A stretch of 64,000 nucleotides of DNA from positions 1 to 64,000 of the forward strand of contig CAVPCQ010000032.1 in assembly GCA_963702425.1 (NCBI GenBank), written 5' to 3'. Origin of the DNA: an uncultured Acidobacteriota bacterium (GTDB taxonomy: Bacteria > Acidobacteriota > Polarisedimenticolia > J045). The position numbers and the translations under genes were made by a program. Numbering within the stretch: the first letter of the stretch is position 1; each line of letters begins with the position of its first letter. Positions 28,241 to 39,214 of the stretch are shown here, piece after piece. The notes below the pieces were generated by a model. That model had not been told where the DNA came from and ran no database searches. It was given only the letters and a program-made list of their open reading frames with translations.

Positions 28241-30118
28241 ATGCGCTCTGTCTCCCGACCGGCCGGCGCGTGCGTCGCGGTGGTGGCGACGATGGCGCTC
28301 CTCGCACACGTCGCTGCGGAGCCGCCGGACCCTCCGCCTCCGGTCGGCACCGTGTCGCCTACCGACAGCGGCCTCGTCGAACGGGTCGAGGTGCACGAGG
28401 TGCAGGTCTTCGTCACCGCGTGGCCGAAGGACGGGGACGCCGCTCGCTGCGCGACTCTGACGAGGGAGGACTTCACGCTCGACGTCGACGGCAAGCCGAC
28501 GCCGATCGTATCGTTCCTCCCCTACGAGGAGGTCGCCACCGAGGTCCCGGTCGTCGGGGCCGAGTCCACGACCTGGCGGGAGCCGCCGCTGTCGATCGTG
28601 ATCCTGATCGACGAGTTTCACCACAGTTGCCCAGCTTGCGCGGGCCGCGTGAGGTGCTGCGGCGAGGGCTTGGGGGTCGACGGGTTTCCGATCCTGCGGC
28701 ACGCTGCCTACGAATCGGCGCGGCGGATGCTGCGGGAGTCGTTCCGACCCGGCGATCGCGTGCTCGTGGCGACCTTTGCCTTCTGGCCGCAGGCCGAGAC
28801 CGGTTGGCTGGAGGATCCCGCGGTTGCGCTGGCCCGGCTCGACGAACTCGAGCGGGGCATGCGCTGGGTGCGGTGGGAGCAGGCCGCGTCGCACGTCGAC
28901 AACTGGTACTCGGGAATGATCAGCTTCTTCCGGGCGCTCGGCCGGGTCGACGGCCCCAAGGAAGTGATCTTCCCGACCTGCCATTTCCAGCTCGGGGCGG
29001 AAGCAGCCGAGGAGATCCGCGAACTCGGCACCGTTGCCCAGGAGAACGATGTCGTTCTGCACACCGTCGATCTCATGCTCTGCTCGTTGCGACCGTGCGG
29101 CGGAGATTGCTGCACGTTGTACGAGTTCATCGGTCCACTGGCGGCCAACCTGGGCGGGCGGCGATTCTCGAAGGGCCAGGGGGCGGCCGGCGCGGTGACG
29201 GCGCTGCGGCGCGTGGCCGGCTGTCGATTCCTGATCACCTTCAAGCCGAAGGTGGGCCGGCGGGGGCGAATCGGACACAGCGTCAGCCTGTCGACGCGCC
29301 GCACCGCGGAGTTCGATCTTCGCACGCCGTCGACCTTCGCTGATCCAGGGACTCGCGCCAGTGGACAGGCCATACGGGAGGCCATGTTCCTGATGCCCGA
29401 CCTGCGCCAGGGCTACCTCGCGGAGGCCAGTATCTGGCCGCTGCGCCGGGCGAACCGCAAGGAGTGGGAGAGCCTCGTCATCGTCCACATCGAGCGGCAG
29501 CCTGGTCCCCCGCTGACTGAGCCTCCCAAGGAACTCGTCGTCGACGTCGTCGCGTGGCTCGATGGCAAGAGAGCGGAGGCGCGAGAGCTGCAAGTCCGCG
29601 GCGGAACGCTTGCTTCCCTGCTCGCCAGCCCGACGGGGCAGACCTTCGCGGTCCCTCTCCGCGTGAGGCCGGGCGAGAACAACGTCTCGGTGGTCGTCCA
29701 CGATCCCGCGAGCGAGGAGGGAGCGGCGCGGCGCCGCCGCGTCGTGGTTCCGCCCCTCTCGCTCGCCGAACGCGGTGGGTGGTGGATCGCGGCCGGCCGC
29801 GACGCGCGGCTCGACGGTGCGGTGATCCCGACGCCGGCCAGGGGCGGCGTCTTCAGAACCGCGGACGCGCCGCGCCTGCTCGGCCTCGAGTGCGGTGCCG
29901 AGAGAACAGCGGCGGATCGGGAGCGGCGCTGTGTCGACGAGGGATCCGAGACGAGCGTCCCGCTCGTGGTGCGCGCCCTCAGCACGACCGTACCTCGCCT
30001 CGCTCCTCCCCCGAACTGCCGGTGGCTGGTGGCCGAGCCGCTCGCACCGCTGCCGCCGGGACGCTGGTCCTGCGGCGAGGGGACGCCGATCCTCGAGGTT
30101 GTCGATTCCCCGCTCTGA
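28241..30118 (+). CDS. secreted VWFA-related (acidobacterial-type) protein
   Basis: AGGAGG RBS; signal peptide; ERVEV..LTREDFTLDVDGK..IVILID pattern. Confidence 0.7.
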   Translation: MRSVSRPAGACVAVVATMALLAHVAAEPPDPPPPVGTVSPTDSGLVERVEVHEVQVFVTAWPKDGDAARCATLTREDFTLDVDGKPTPIVSFLPYEEVATEVPVVGAESTTWREPPLSIVILIDEFHHSCPACAGRVRCCGEGLGVDGFPILRHAAYESARRMLRESFRPGDRVLVATFAFWPQAETGWLEDPAVALARLDELERGMRWVRWEQAASHVDNWYSGMISFFRALGRVDGPKEVIFPTCHFQLGAEAAEEIRELGTVAQENDVVLHTVDLMLCSLRPCGGDCCTLYEFIGPLAANLGGRRFSKGQGAAGAVTALRRVAGCRFLITFKPKVGRRGRIGHSVSLSTRRTAEFDLRTPSTFADPGTRASGQAIREAMFLMPDLRQGYLAEASIWPLRRANRKEWESLVIVHIERQPGPPLTEPPKELVVDVVAWLDGKRAEARELQVRGGTLASLLASPTGQTFAVPLRVRPGENNVSVVVHDPASEEGAARRRRVVVPPLSLAERGGWWIAAGRDARLDGAVIPTPARGGVFRTADAPRLLGLECGAERTAADRERRCVDEGSETSVPLVVRALSTTVPRLAPPPNCRWLVAEPLAPLPPGRWSCGEGTPILEVVDSPL

Positions 30119-30313
30119 GGTGCAGGCGTCGCAACGGACGTCGGAGGCGAGGACGCGGGATCATGGTCGACGTCAGGGACGTTCGCGAACGAGGCACCGA
30201 TGCGTCCCGCGAGTTCGTCGGAGGCCCGTTGCTCTCTGCGGCAGCAACCCCTCGACGATCCTGTCAGCTCAGTGCGGCTGAAGTTGCCTGATGGATCCTC
30301 GCGGACAGTCGCA

Positions 30314-31843
30314 CTAGCTCCCGGACAGCCGCCTTCCAAGGAAGGCACCGAGCAAGCCCACGCCCGCTCCGATCGCTGCGCCGATCAGAGCACCGAATCC
30401 ACCGCCGGCCAGCCCGCCGATGAGCGCGCCGAGTGCGGCTCCGCCGAGCGCTGCCAGGATGTACGGCGCCGCGCGCGTAAGTGCCCTGCCGATGACGGTG
30501 CCCACCTTGATCATGCCGTTCGCGATCCAGCGGCCTGCCTTGGCGAAGAAATGGCCCACCGATTTGGCGAGCTCTGCGATCGCTTCAAACGTCAATGTGA
30601 CGCTGACGCCGATCTTCTTCTCGTCCTTGCTTGCCGGATCGGACTCGCCCCGCGCGAGCTGGCGCAGGAGCGGCGGCAGATCCGAGGCACGCCCGCTGTA
30701 TTCGAACTTCAACTTGATCCCTTCCCCCAGGGGAATCTCCGGCACGGACGGCAGCTTCGGATCGTTCGCCGCCACGAAAGTCAGCACGCCGCCCACGACG
30801 AGAATCACCAGGGGAATGCCCTCCTTGCTGAACACATAGGACTTGACCTTCCCTTCCAGTTCCTTGCCAATCTTGGTCTTGCGAAACTCCTCGAAGGCTG
30901 CCTTGAGTGCTTCCTGCATCGCCTCTTCTTCGCCTTTGCCCTTCTCCGGCTCCTTGCGCGGATCGGGCGGCGGCTTGAGTTCGGGCGCGGGCGTCGGGAA
31001 TCTCGGCTCGGCAGCGTCACCTTCAGCCTTGGGCAGATCGGTCAGCGGCTTCTCCTTGGCCGGCAATCGGTCGAGCACCGGCACGACGATCGGATCGACC
31101 GTCGTGGGCAGTCGCGGTCGCAGCAGCACCATCACGTCGGCGGTGGAGGAATGAATCGTGTAGCGCAGGTTCGGCATGCCCATGGGAAAGACCGCGCGCA
31201 GTCCTTCCAGGACCCCGGGCGTGATGCGGAACGGCTGTCGCCTTTCGGACTGCGCGGCCCACATCTGATTGAGAAAGCTCTCGACAATGAGCTCCGCTTG
31301 CGATTGTGTCGGCGCGACGGTTGGTGCGGCGGCGCCGAGCTGTCGGTGCACCCGGAGCGCGTCCGCCGACCCGACAGGGATCCGTCGCTCGCGCCAAACG
31401 GTTGCGGCCGAACGATCTGCCGCTCGTTCGGAGTGCTCCTCTGGAGCGCTGACACGCGTCGGGGCCTCCGGCGACGGTTCGGATTGCTGCGCGACGTGAG
31501 CCAGTTCGTGCGCGAGCAGATGTTGGCCTCGGCCCGTCTCGGGCGCGTATTGGTTCGCGCCGAACACGATGTCCCGTCCCACCGTGTAGGCGCGCGCATC
31601 GAACTGCTGCGCCGAGCGAGCGGCGGCTTCATCGGTATGCACACGCACGCGGCTGAAGTCGTGGCCGAAGCGCGGCTCCATGAAGGCTCGCGTCGCCGGG
31701 TCGAGCTGCTGGCTCGGCGTGCGCAGCCCTTCCTGCACGTCCGGCATCAAAGCACGGTGCGGCGCGGGATGGATCGCGGCGCGATTCCCTTTCGCGCGCT
31801 GCGTCGTCACTTCCGTCTGGGGTGCCCGCCGTTGCTCGCGCAT
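30314..31843 (-). CDS. DUF4157 (eCIS core) domain protein with C-terminal glycine zipper
   Basis: MEPRFGHDFSRVRVHTD..ARAYTVGRDIVFG..LLAHELAHVAQQ; start codon uncertain (31748 possible). Confidence 0.85.
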   Translation of the reverse strand: MREQRRAPQTEVTTQRAKGNRAAIHPAPHRALMPDVQEGLRTPSQQLDPATRAFMEPRFGHDFSRVRVHTDEAAARSAQQFDARAYTVGRDIVFGANQYAPETGRGQHLLAHELAHVAQQSEPSPEAPTRVSAPEEHSERAADRSAATVWRERRIPVGSADALRVHRQLGAAAPTVAPTQSQAELIVESFLNQMWAAQSERRQPFRITPGVLEGLRAVFPMGMPNLRYTIHSSTADVMVLLRPRLPTTVDPIVVPVLDRLPAKEKPLTDLPKAEGDAAEPRFPTPAPELKPPPDPRKEPEKGKGEEEAMQEALKAAFEEFRKTKIGKELEGKVKSYVFSKEGIPLVILVVGGVLTFVAANDPKLPSVPEIPLGEGIKLKFEYSGRASDLPPLLRQLARGESDPASKDEKKIGVSVTLTFEAIAELAKSVGHFFAKAGRWIANGMIKVGTVIGRALTRAAPYILAALGGAALGALIGGLAGGGFGALIGAAIGAGVGLLGAFLGRRLSGS

Positions 31844-32009
31844 GCTGTCTCCAGAGACACGGGCCGTGGCGCTTCTGCAGGTTCCTGGCCGCTTCGAGCG
31901 GTTGCTCCGAAACACCTCGGCCCATGCCCGTCGTGTTGGAGATGGTCGAGCCTGCCACCACCTTGCCGGGAGCAGACGGGCGGTCTGCCCCGCGTTCCAC
32001 CGCGCCGCA

Positions 32010-32019
32010 AGGGTAGCAC
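32010..32019 (-). promoter_or_regulatory. extended -10 motif GTGCTACCCT
   Basis: TGnTACCCT; same 10-mer on the plus strand at 36871, 40226 and 54535, upstream of other units. Confidence 0.45.
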
Positions 32020-32187
32020 CGGGCACGGGCGGGAGGCATGCAGGACTCGAGCTCGCGTCCCCGGGGGCGGTGCGGCCGACATGGAGTCGCGAGATTTCCT
32101 TTGACTCGGAAAGTCGTCAGGGGATAGCCTGCACGGCGCAGGTTCCTCGTTCTCCGGAACAGGGACCTGACCGCGCAGGAGGTCCGC

Positions 32188-33102
32188 ATGATCGAGCTGA
32201 AGTCGGTTTCGAATCCCCAGCCGAAGGCCGCGCTCGAGGGCGCTTTCACCGAGGCGGTCCCGACTCGAGCGGTGACCGAAGGGCGGGCCGGCTCGGCCAG
32301 TGCCGACACCTCGCGCTCCTTGAAGCACCTGGCCGCCAAGGGCCGCGGCGAGCCGCTGCGGAAGCGCTCCGCGCCGTCTGCTCTCGAGAGCATCATCGGC
32401 CCGACGGACGACCGCGTCCGCATCCTCGACACCGATCTCACACCGTGGCGCATGGTCTGCGCGCTCCGAATGCGCGGTCCTTCGGGATCCGCGATCGGCA
32501 CCGGGTGGTTCGTGGGACCGAAGACGCTGCTCACCGCGGGCCACTGCGTCTACTCCACGAGCTTCTTCGGCGGCTGGGCTTCGGAGATCGAGGTCAGCCC
32601 GGGGCGCAACGGAAACGAGTTCCCGTTCAGGACGGTGAAGAGCCGCCGCTTCAGCTCGATCGATCGCTGGATCAACTCGGAGGACCCGGACTTCGACATG
32701 GGGTGCATCCACCTGGACGAGCCGCTCGGCAGCGAGGTCGGCTGGTTCGCGGTGGGAGCGCTTCCCCCGGGTGACCTCGAGGGCTACCTGGTCAACGTGT
32801 CGGGATACCCGGGAGACCGGGGAATGGGTACCGAGCAGTATCATCACAAGAACCGGGTGCTGCAGGTCACGGACCGGCGCCTCTTCTACGACGTCGACAC
32901 GTTCGGCGGGCAGAGCGGGGCTCCCGTCTGGATCCACGAGACCGAGACCGCGCCACCGCTCGCGGTCGGCATTCACGCCTACGGCACCGGCGGCTCGCCC
33001 ACGGGGCTCGAAGCGAACTCGGCGCCGCGGATCATCCCGGAAGTGCTGGACCAGATCCGAGGCTGGGTGGAGGCAGACGGAGGGTGGCCCAAGAAGGCGT
33101 AG
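32188..33102 (+). CDS. V8/glutamyl-endopeptidase-like serine protease
   Basis: AGGAGG RBS; ALE|SIIG activation-like site; TAGHC, DFD, DTFGGQSG, GIH (Thr190/His213 S1 pattern). Confidence 0.9.
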   Translation: MIELKSVSNPQPKAALEGAFTEAVPTRAVTEGRAGSASADTSRSLKHLAAKGRGEPLRKRSAPSALESIIGPTDDRVRILDTDLTPWRMVCALRMRGPSGSAIGTGWFVGPKTLLTAGHCVYSTSFFGGWASEIEVSPGRNGNEFPFRTVKSRRFSSIDRWINSEDPDFDMGCIHLDEPLGSEVGWFAVGALPPGDLEGYLVNVSGYPGDRGMGTEQYHHKNRVLQVTDRRLFYDVDTFGGQSGAPVWIHETETAPPLAVGIHAYGTGGSPTGLEANSAPRIIPEVLDQIRGWVEADGGWPKKA

Positions 33103-33356
33103 CCCGGACCCGACATCGCATCGTCGTCCTCGACGAGGGCGGCCATCCCGTCGCCGACGCCGTGGTCGCCCTCGCCCGCAGCAGCGTGCCGTTCCCGGAG
33201 ATCGCGCTGCTGACGGACGACAAGGGCGCGGTCGAGTTGCAGCTTCCGCCCGGCGTCTTTGCCTTCCGGGCGCGCGGACCGGGGGACACTGCGGGTGACA
33301 CGGAGGTGACGAGTCCCGGTCCAACCGAAAGTGTCGTGCGCTTGAAGGCGCGCTGA
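33084..33356 (+). CDS. small carboxypeptidase-regulatory-like beta domain protein
   Basis: VLDEGGHPVADAVV..TDDKG..LPPG pattern; sits between two protease genes. Confidence 0.65.
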   Translation: MAQEGVARTRHRIVVLDEGGHPVADAVVALARSSVPFPEIALLTDDKGAVELQLPPGVFAFRARGPGDTAGDTEVTSPGPTESVVRLKAR

Positions 33357-33369
33357 AGGGAGGCTTCCC

Positions 33370-35008
33370 GTGGCCATTCTTCCCCAGGCATCCGGCGGGC
33401 TGATCGTCGCCCTCTCCGATTCGGCCGCACTCGAAGCGGCTTCGACCGGCTCGCGGCGGGCGGGACCCAGATTGCGGCCGCTGATTCCTGATCAGCCGCT
33501 CGAGGGAGCCCGAATGGAGGCGGGGCCGGCACCGCTCTTCGTCGGGACCCCGATCGCGGAGGCGGGCGGACTGCACCCGTGGGATACCGCCCACGAGGCG
33601 GTCCGTAACGCCAGGATCCTCGAATCGGCCGTCCCGATCGAGTACGCCGAGCCCGACCTGCTGCAGGCGTTCCCGTTCCAGCGCCCCCACGACGTGGGCC
33701 TCGAAACCAGGCGGGAGCCGTGCACCATCGATCCGATGGACGACGACTGGCCGCCGGACGTCGTGCAGTTCGGGTGGCATCTCGACGACGTGCACTCCGG
33801 GCTTCGGGCCGCGCGCAGACTTCGTCGGCGACCCGGGCGATGCGCGGCTGCGCATCGGCATCCTCGACACCGGCTACGATCCCGCCCACGCGACCGCTCC
33901 GCTGCACGTCTCCAAGGGGCTTCAGCGCAACTTCGTCGAGAAGGACCGGCCCCACGACGCGGCCGATCCGGGGGTGCACTTCCCCGGTGCCCAGCCGGGA
34001 CACGGCACCGCCACCATCGCTCTGCTCGCCGGCAACCGGGTGAAGCCGCCGCTGGTGCCCCGCGGGTTCGACGACTTCCTGGGCGGAGCCCCGTTCGCGG
34101 AGGTCGTCCCGATTCGCATCGCCAGCTCGGTCATCCACTTCTACACCAGCGCGATGGCCATGGGCATCGACTACGCCGTGGACGCGGGCTGTCACGTGGT
34201 GTCGATCAGCATGGGGGGCGTCCCCTCGCGCGCCTGGGCCCGGGCCGTGAACCGGGCCTACGAGCGGGGGATGACGATCGTCGCGGCGGCCGGCAACAAC
34301 ATCGCCGGTCTCCCGACCACAGCCCTCGTTTACCCGGCGCGCTTCTACCGCGTGATCGCGGCGTGCGGGGCCACGTTCGACAAGACGCCGTACTTCAAGC
34401 GCGGCCACCTGGGCATGATGGGCAACTTCGGCCCCCCGGGGAAGATGGAAACGGCGATGGCCGCCTACACGCCCAACATCCCGTGGGCCGAGATGGGCTG
34501 CCGCGACGTCGTCAGCCTGAGCGGCGGCGGCACCTCGTCTGCCACGCCACAGGTCGCGGCGGCGGCGGCCCTCTGGCTACAGCGCCAGGCCCCCACTCAC
34601 AGCGCGCAGCCGTGGCGGCGGGTCGAGGCGGTGCGGCACGCGCTATTCGAGACCGCGGATGCCCGGAAGCCGAAGTACTTCGGCCACGGGCTCCTTCGTG
34701 CCCGTCAAGCGCTGGACGTCGCGCCGGCTCTCGGGTTGAAGAAGGCGCCCGAGGACAAGGTGAGCTTCCCCTGGATCCGGATGCTGCTGAAGCTCGAGGC
34801 GGCACCCTCGGGCCGGCTCGAGATGTACGAGCTGGAGGCGCTGCAGCTCTTCCTCAGCTCGCCCCGCCTGCAGCGGATCGTTCAGGGAGCCGATCCGGAC
34901 ATCGACAAGCTGTCGGCCGCCGAGCGGAAGAAGCTGTTCGATGCGCTGAAGTCACACCCGGCCGCGTCACGGGCCCTGCGATCGTTCGTGGAAACGGGAA
35001 AGCTGTAG
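33370..35008 (+). CDS. S8 subtilase, frameshifted near 33817
   Basis: YAEPDL prodomain end; after removing one base the frame gives ILDTG, HGT, AAAGN and GGTSSATP. Confidence 0.85.
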
Positions 35009-35109
35009 CGCCTGAGGGCGGTGGTGGCGATGGTCCGCCCGCCGCTCGAAGGTGCGGGCGCTCGCCCGGTACAGGCCCCGGAAACGCGGAGGTCCGGGGA
35101 ACTCCGCTC

Positions 35110-36685
35110 CTACACCGCCTGAATCGTACGCATCAGGTCCACCAGACCGTGGCCCTGGAAGTAGCGCTCGCGGCCGAGATCGGTCGCATGGGCCAGGAAG
35201 ATCTCCTTGACCCGCTCCGGACGGGTCTGGAACTCTCCCCGGAGGGACAGGAACGCGGCAATGCACCCGGACACGTGGGGCGCAGCCATGCTCGTCCCGC
35301 TCTGTTCGATGAACTCGTAGGTCTTCCCCGTCACGGCGGCAAGACGATCGCACTCCTTCGCGAACTCGCCGACGGCGCAGGACAGGATCTTCTCGCCCGG
35401 TGCCACCAGATCGGGCTTGAGCCGGCCGTCCGCGGTAGGGCCCTTCCCCGAGAAGTACGACACGCCGTACTCGTGCGGCATGTAACCATGCGTCGCCCCG
35501 ACCGTGAGTGCGAGCGGGGCGTTGCCGGGGTCACGGATGCTCAACGGCAGCCCGGCGCTGACCGTTCCCTTGAACTGGGTGTGTCTGGGGCCGTAGCCTG
35601 CGTTGCCCGCCGCGACGACGACCACGACGCCGGACTTGACCAGCCCATCGACTGCCCGGCACAGCGGACTGGAACCGCATGCGAACCAGAGCGGGTCGAA
35701 GTCGTACCCGAGACTGATGTTCACGCCGTGGATGCGTGGGACCAGCCCGTCACCGTTGACGTCCCGCACGTATGCGAGCGCCGCAATCAGATCGCGTCGT
35801 CCGGTCCACCTTCAGGCTCACGATCTTGCATTGCGGCGCCACCCCGCGGAGCTCCCGCGCGGTTCGTTCCTGGACCGATCTGTTTCCCAATTCATCGGCC
35901 ACATAGGCGACGCCGCGTACCACCTCCTCGTCCGATCTCGGGGACGTCTCGCCGGCGATGATGCCGGCCACGTGTGTCCCATGACCGATCTCGTCACGGA
36001 GTTCTTCCGGATTCAGAGGTTTGGGCTCGGGAAGCGAGAAGTCCATGTGCTGAAGGCCCAGCCTGTCCAGGTCGAGGTTCTGGTACTTCTCGAAGTGCCT
36101 GTGCTGCTGGACGCCGGAGTCCAGGACCGCCCACACGATGCCCTCTCCCGTGGCACCGAACGCCACGCGCGCGGCATCCGCCTTGACGGTGCTGACGGAG
36201 CGATCCAGGTACAGCTCCAGCTTGAAATCCTCCCAGATCTTGTAGATCGGCTGTTGCGGCTGGCCGGCGCCACGGGAGCCCGCGCCGCCGCGCAGCGGCT
36301 TTCCCGGTTCCCGATTCCATCTCGCCAGCTCGCGGATCTGGGCTGTCGTGAGATCCGCGAACACGTAGTGCCCGCCCAGTTCGCTCTTGCGTTGGAAGAG
36401 GTACGGTTTCCCTGCCTGGTAGTCGGCGGCACCTCCGGCATTCAGGCCCAGGATCGACTTCAGGTGGTCCATGACATGCTGCTTCGTCGCGCGCGGACCG
36501 TCACTGTGTCGGAGGTTCACCTCGACGACCACGGAGTGCACGGACGAGCCTTTCCTGTCCCTTTTCATGTGCTGCCGCAGCGGGTTCGTGATGACCGTCG
36601 TGTCCAGGTCCTGCAGTGCCGCGTCCTCGTCCGGCGACTTGACCGAGTCACTGTCACGGGGATCTTCGTTGGGGTTCTTCGTCAT
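35110..36685 (-). CDS. S8 subtilase, broken near 35800
   Basis: VLDSG and GHGTHVAG in one frame; [12 protein letters not shown] and [12 protein letters not shown] in the next; a few codons appear missing at the junction. Confidence 0.85.
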
Positions 36686-36949
36686 GAGCGCTCTCCCCTC
36701 GCCGCATCTTCCCCGGAACCGCCCCCGGAATGCCAGGCAGCGGGTTCGTTGCGCTCCACCACCGCGGGAGGCTCTGCTGGCTCCGATGATAGCGCCCCTC
36801 GGGATCATCGAGAGCCTTCGGGTCGCTCTGGAAGAAACGGAGCGGTAATTGGCACCGCCGCCCGGCCCCGGTGCTACCCTTGCCGCATTGGCGGGACGCG
36901 GGCCGGGCCGCTCATCGGCACGCCTCACGCCCCGGACTGGAGGGATACC

Positions 36950-37769
36950 ATGGCGCTCGCCTTCGATCCCGGTTACGGCAAGGAGCCGTTTCGGACCCTT
37001 TGTCAGAACTACCCCGGTGCGGACGTCTATCCGGCCGGGGATTTCCGCCTCGAGTGGGGACCGATCTTTCACCGGGGGCGACTCGACGGCAGCGCCCGCG
37101 TGCTGGTGATCGGGCAGGACCCGGGTCAGCACGAGGCGATCGCCCGTCGCATTCTCGTCGGCGAAGCCGGTCAGCGCGTGCAAGGCCTGCTGGCGAAGCT
37201 CGGCATCGAGTCGAGCTACGTGATGATCAACGCGTTCCTCTACAGCGTCTATGGCCAAGGGGGCGGCAACCGCCACAAGGGCGATCCCGCGATCACTCAG
37301 TACCGGAATCAATGGCTCGACGCGCTGCTGCTCAAGCGCAGGGTAGAGGCGGTCATCGCGTTCGGCTTGCTGGCCGACGGGGCGTTCAAGCAGTGGCGGC
37401 AGACAGCGTCCGGTCAGAAGTTCAAGGGCGCCTACCAGGCGCTGATCCATCCGACCTATCCCGACAGCTCATCGAAGGGCGACGCGACCAAACGGGCCGA
37501 GGCGATGGCGAAGATGCTTGCGGGTTGGAATGCGGGCCTGCAGGCCCTCTCGCCGGCGATCAAGCACCCCGATGTGCAACGACCGTTGAACGCTCTACGG
37601 AACCGCGCTGAAGGACTCCGATCTGACGGTCATTCCGGCGGCCGATCTGCCGGCCGGTCTGCCCGAGTGGATGCGCTCGCTCGATACCTGGGCCGAGCGG
37701 GAGGGAACCACGGCCCCGTTGAAGCGCGCGACGATCGTGGTCACGGTTCCCAAAGCCTTTCGCCCCTGA
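36950..37769 (+). CDS. uracil-DNA glycosylase superfamily protein, frameshifted near 37588
   Basis: GGAGG RBS; [19 protein letters not shown] motifs; C-terminus continues YGTALK..KAFRP* in the shifted frame. Confidence 0.8.
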
Positions 37770-37784
37770 CGATCGGAGACGCTC

Positions 37785-39194
37785 ATGTCGACATCGCACC
37801 GAGATCATGGCCGAGACCACTTCGAGGAAGCCTATATGGAGGGGATCTTCGAGGAGATCCCCGAGGCTCCAGCGCCACACCGGCCCGGTCGCGCACCGAC
37901 GGAGGCGGCCACCGCCCCCGGTGTCGCCTGGGCGCTGAAAGGCTGCATCCTGACGCCGGACGACGCGATCGAAAACGGCTTCGTCGAGATTCTCGCCGAT
38001 CGCATCGTCCGGGTTGGAACCGCCGCGCCAGCGGCTGGAACGCCGACCATAGAGACCGAAGGAGTGATTCTCCCGGGTTTGATCGATCTGCACGGTCATC
38101 CCGAGTTCAACATCTTCGCCGCCTGGGAACCGCCCAAGCTCTACGCCAATCGCGGTCGCTGGCGGGACAGCAAGGAGTACGCCGCGCTCGTTCGCGGACC
38201 GATGAACAAGCTCAAGGAGGTTGCGGGCATCGGACCGGTTCTGACCCGCTATGCCGAATCCCGGGCGCTCGTCGGGGGCGTCACCGCGATTCAGGGAGGG
38301 AGCGCGAGGTACGCCAACAAAGAGGAATCGCTGGTACGCAACGTCGACTTGCGGATCTTCGGCGCCCACAAGGCGCGGGCGATCATCGACCTCGACGACC
38401 GGCAGCGCGATCGCTATCCGCAGCTCCGCAAGCAAATCGACGACGGTGAGGTCGCCGCGCTCTATGTCCACCTCGCCGAGGGTGTCGACGACACGTCGAG
38501 GCGCGAGCTGGCCAAGCTGGAGGGCTACAATCTTCTGACAGCGGCGACGGTGCTCATCCACGGTACGGCGCTGACGCCGGATCAACTGGGTGACGTCAAG
38601 GATGCCGGGGCCAAGCTGGTCTGGTCGCCGCAAAGCAATCTCCGGCTGTATGGCCAGACAACCAACGTGGCCGAGGCGATCAAGCTGGGCATTCCGCTCG
38701 GTTTGGGCGCCGATTGGCTGCCCAGCGGAAGTCCAAGCCTGCTGGCTGAGCTGAAGATCGCGCGCCGGACACTGGCGTTGCAGGGTGCGCCGGACGATCC
38801 GAAGCGTCTGGTCAGGATGGTCACCTCGACCGCGGCGATGATCGCCGGCCTCTCCGACCACCTCGGCACGATCGCCGTCGACCGCCCGGCCGACTTGCTC
38901 GTGCTGGAGCGGCACTACGACGACCCTTGGGAGAACGTACTCGCGGCCGATCCGGCCTGGGTGGACCTGGTCACCATCGGCGGCGACCTGGCCTATGGTC
39001 GCGAAGCGTGGATTCGCAAAGTTGCCGACCCGAACGCGGTCGGGGCGCTGGAGAAGGTGCTGGCCTGGGGCAAGCCGATGGTGGTCGATACCAGCTATTC
39101 GGTGCTGAAGACCGCGTCGGCCCCGCCCCGATTGGCCGATCTCCGCAAGACGCTGATCGACAATTACCCGGGGGTCGGTCCGATCTTCACCTGA
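37785..39194 (+). CDS. amidohydrolase/deaminase family protein
   Basis: [29 protein letters not shown] metal-binding motifs. Confidence 0.9.
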   Translation: MSTSHRDHGRDHFEEAYMEGIFEEIPEAPAPHRPGRAPTEAATAPGVAWALKGCILTPDDAIENGFVEILADRIVRVGTAAPAAGTPTIETEGVILPGLIDLHGHPEFNIFAAWEPPKLYANRGRWRDSKEYAALVRGPMNKLKEVAGIGPVLTRYAESRALVGGVTAIQGGSARYANKEESLVRNVDLRIFGAHKARAIIDLDDRQRDRYPQLRKQIDDGEVAALYVHLAEGVDDTSRRELAKLEGYNLLTAATVLIHGTALTPDQLGDVKDAGAKLVWSPQSNLRLYGQTTNVAEAIKLGIPLGLGADWLPSGSPSLLAELKIARRTLALQGAPDDPKRLVRMVTSTAAMIAGLSDHLGTIAVDRPADLLVLERHYDDPWENVLAADPAWVDLVTIGGDLAYGREAWIRKVADPNAVGALEKVLAWGKPMVVDTSYSVLKTASAPPRLADLRKTLIDNYPGVGPIFT

Positions 39195-39214
39195 GCGAGG
39201 GGGGTGCGGGTTGA

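Noticed and set aside
33370-38449. ORFs 33370..35961 and 35603..38449 as giant fusion proteins
   Set aside because: Only parts are real (S8 N-terminus; UDG); the rest is off-frame read-through caused by frameshifts.
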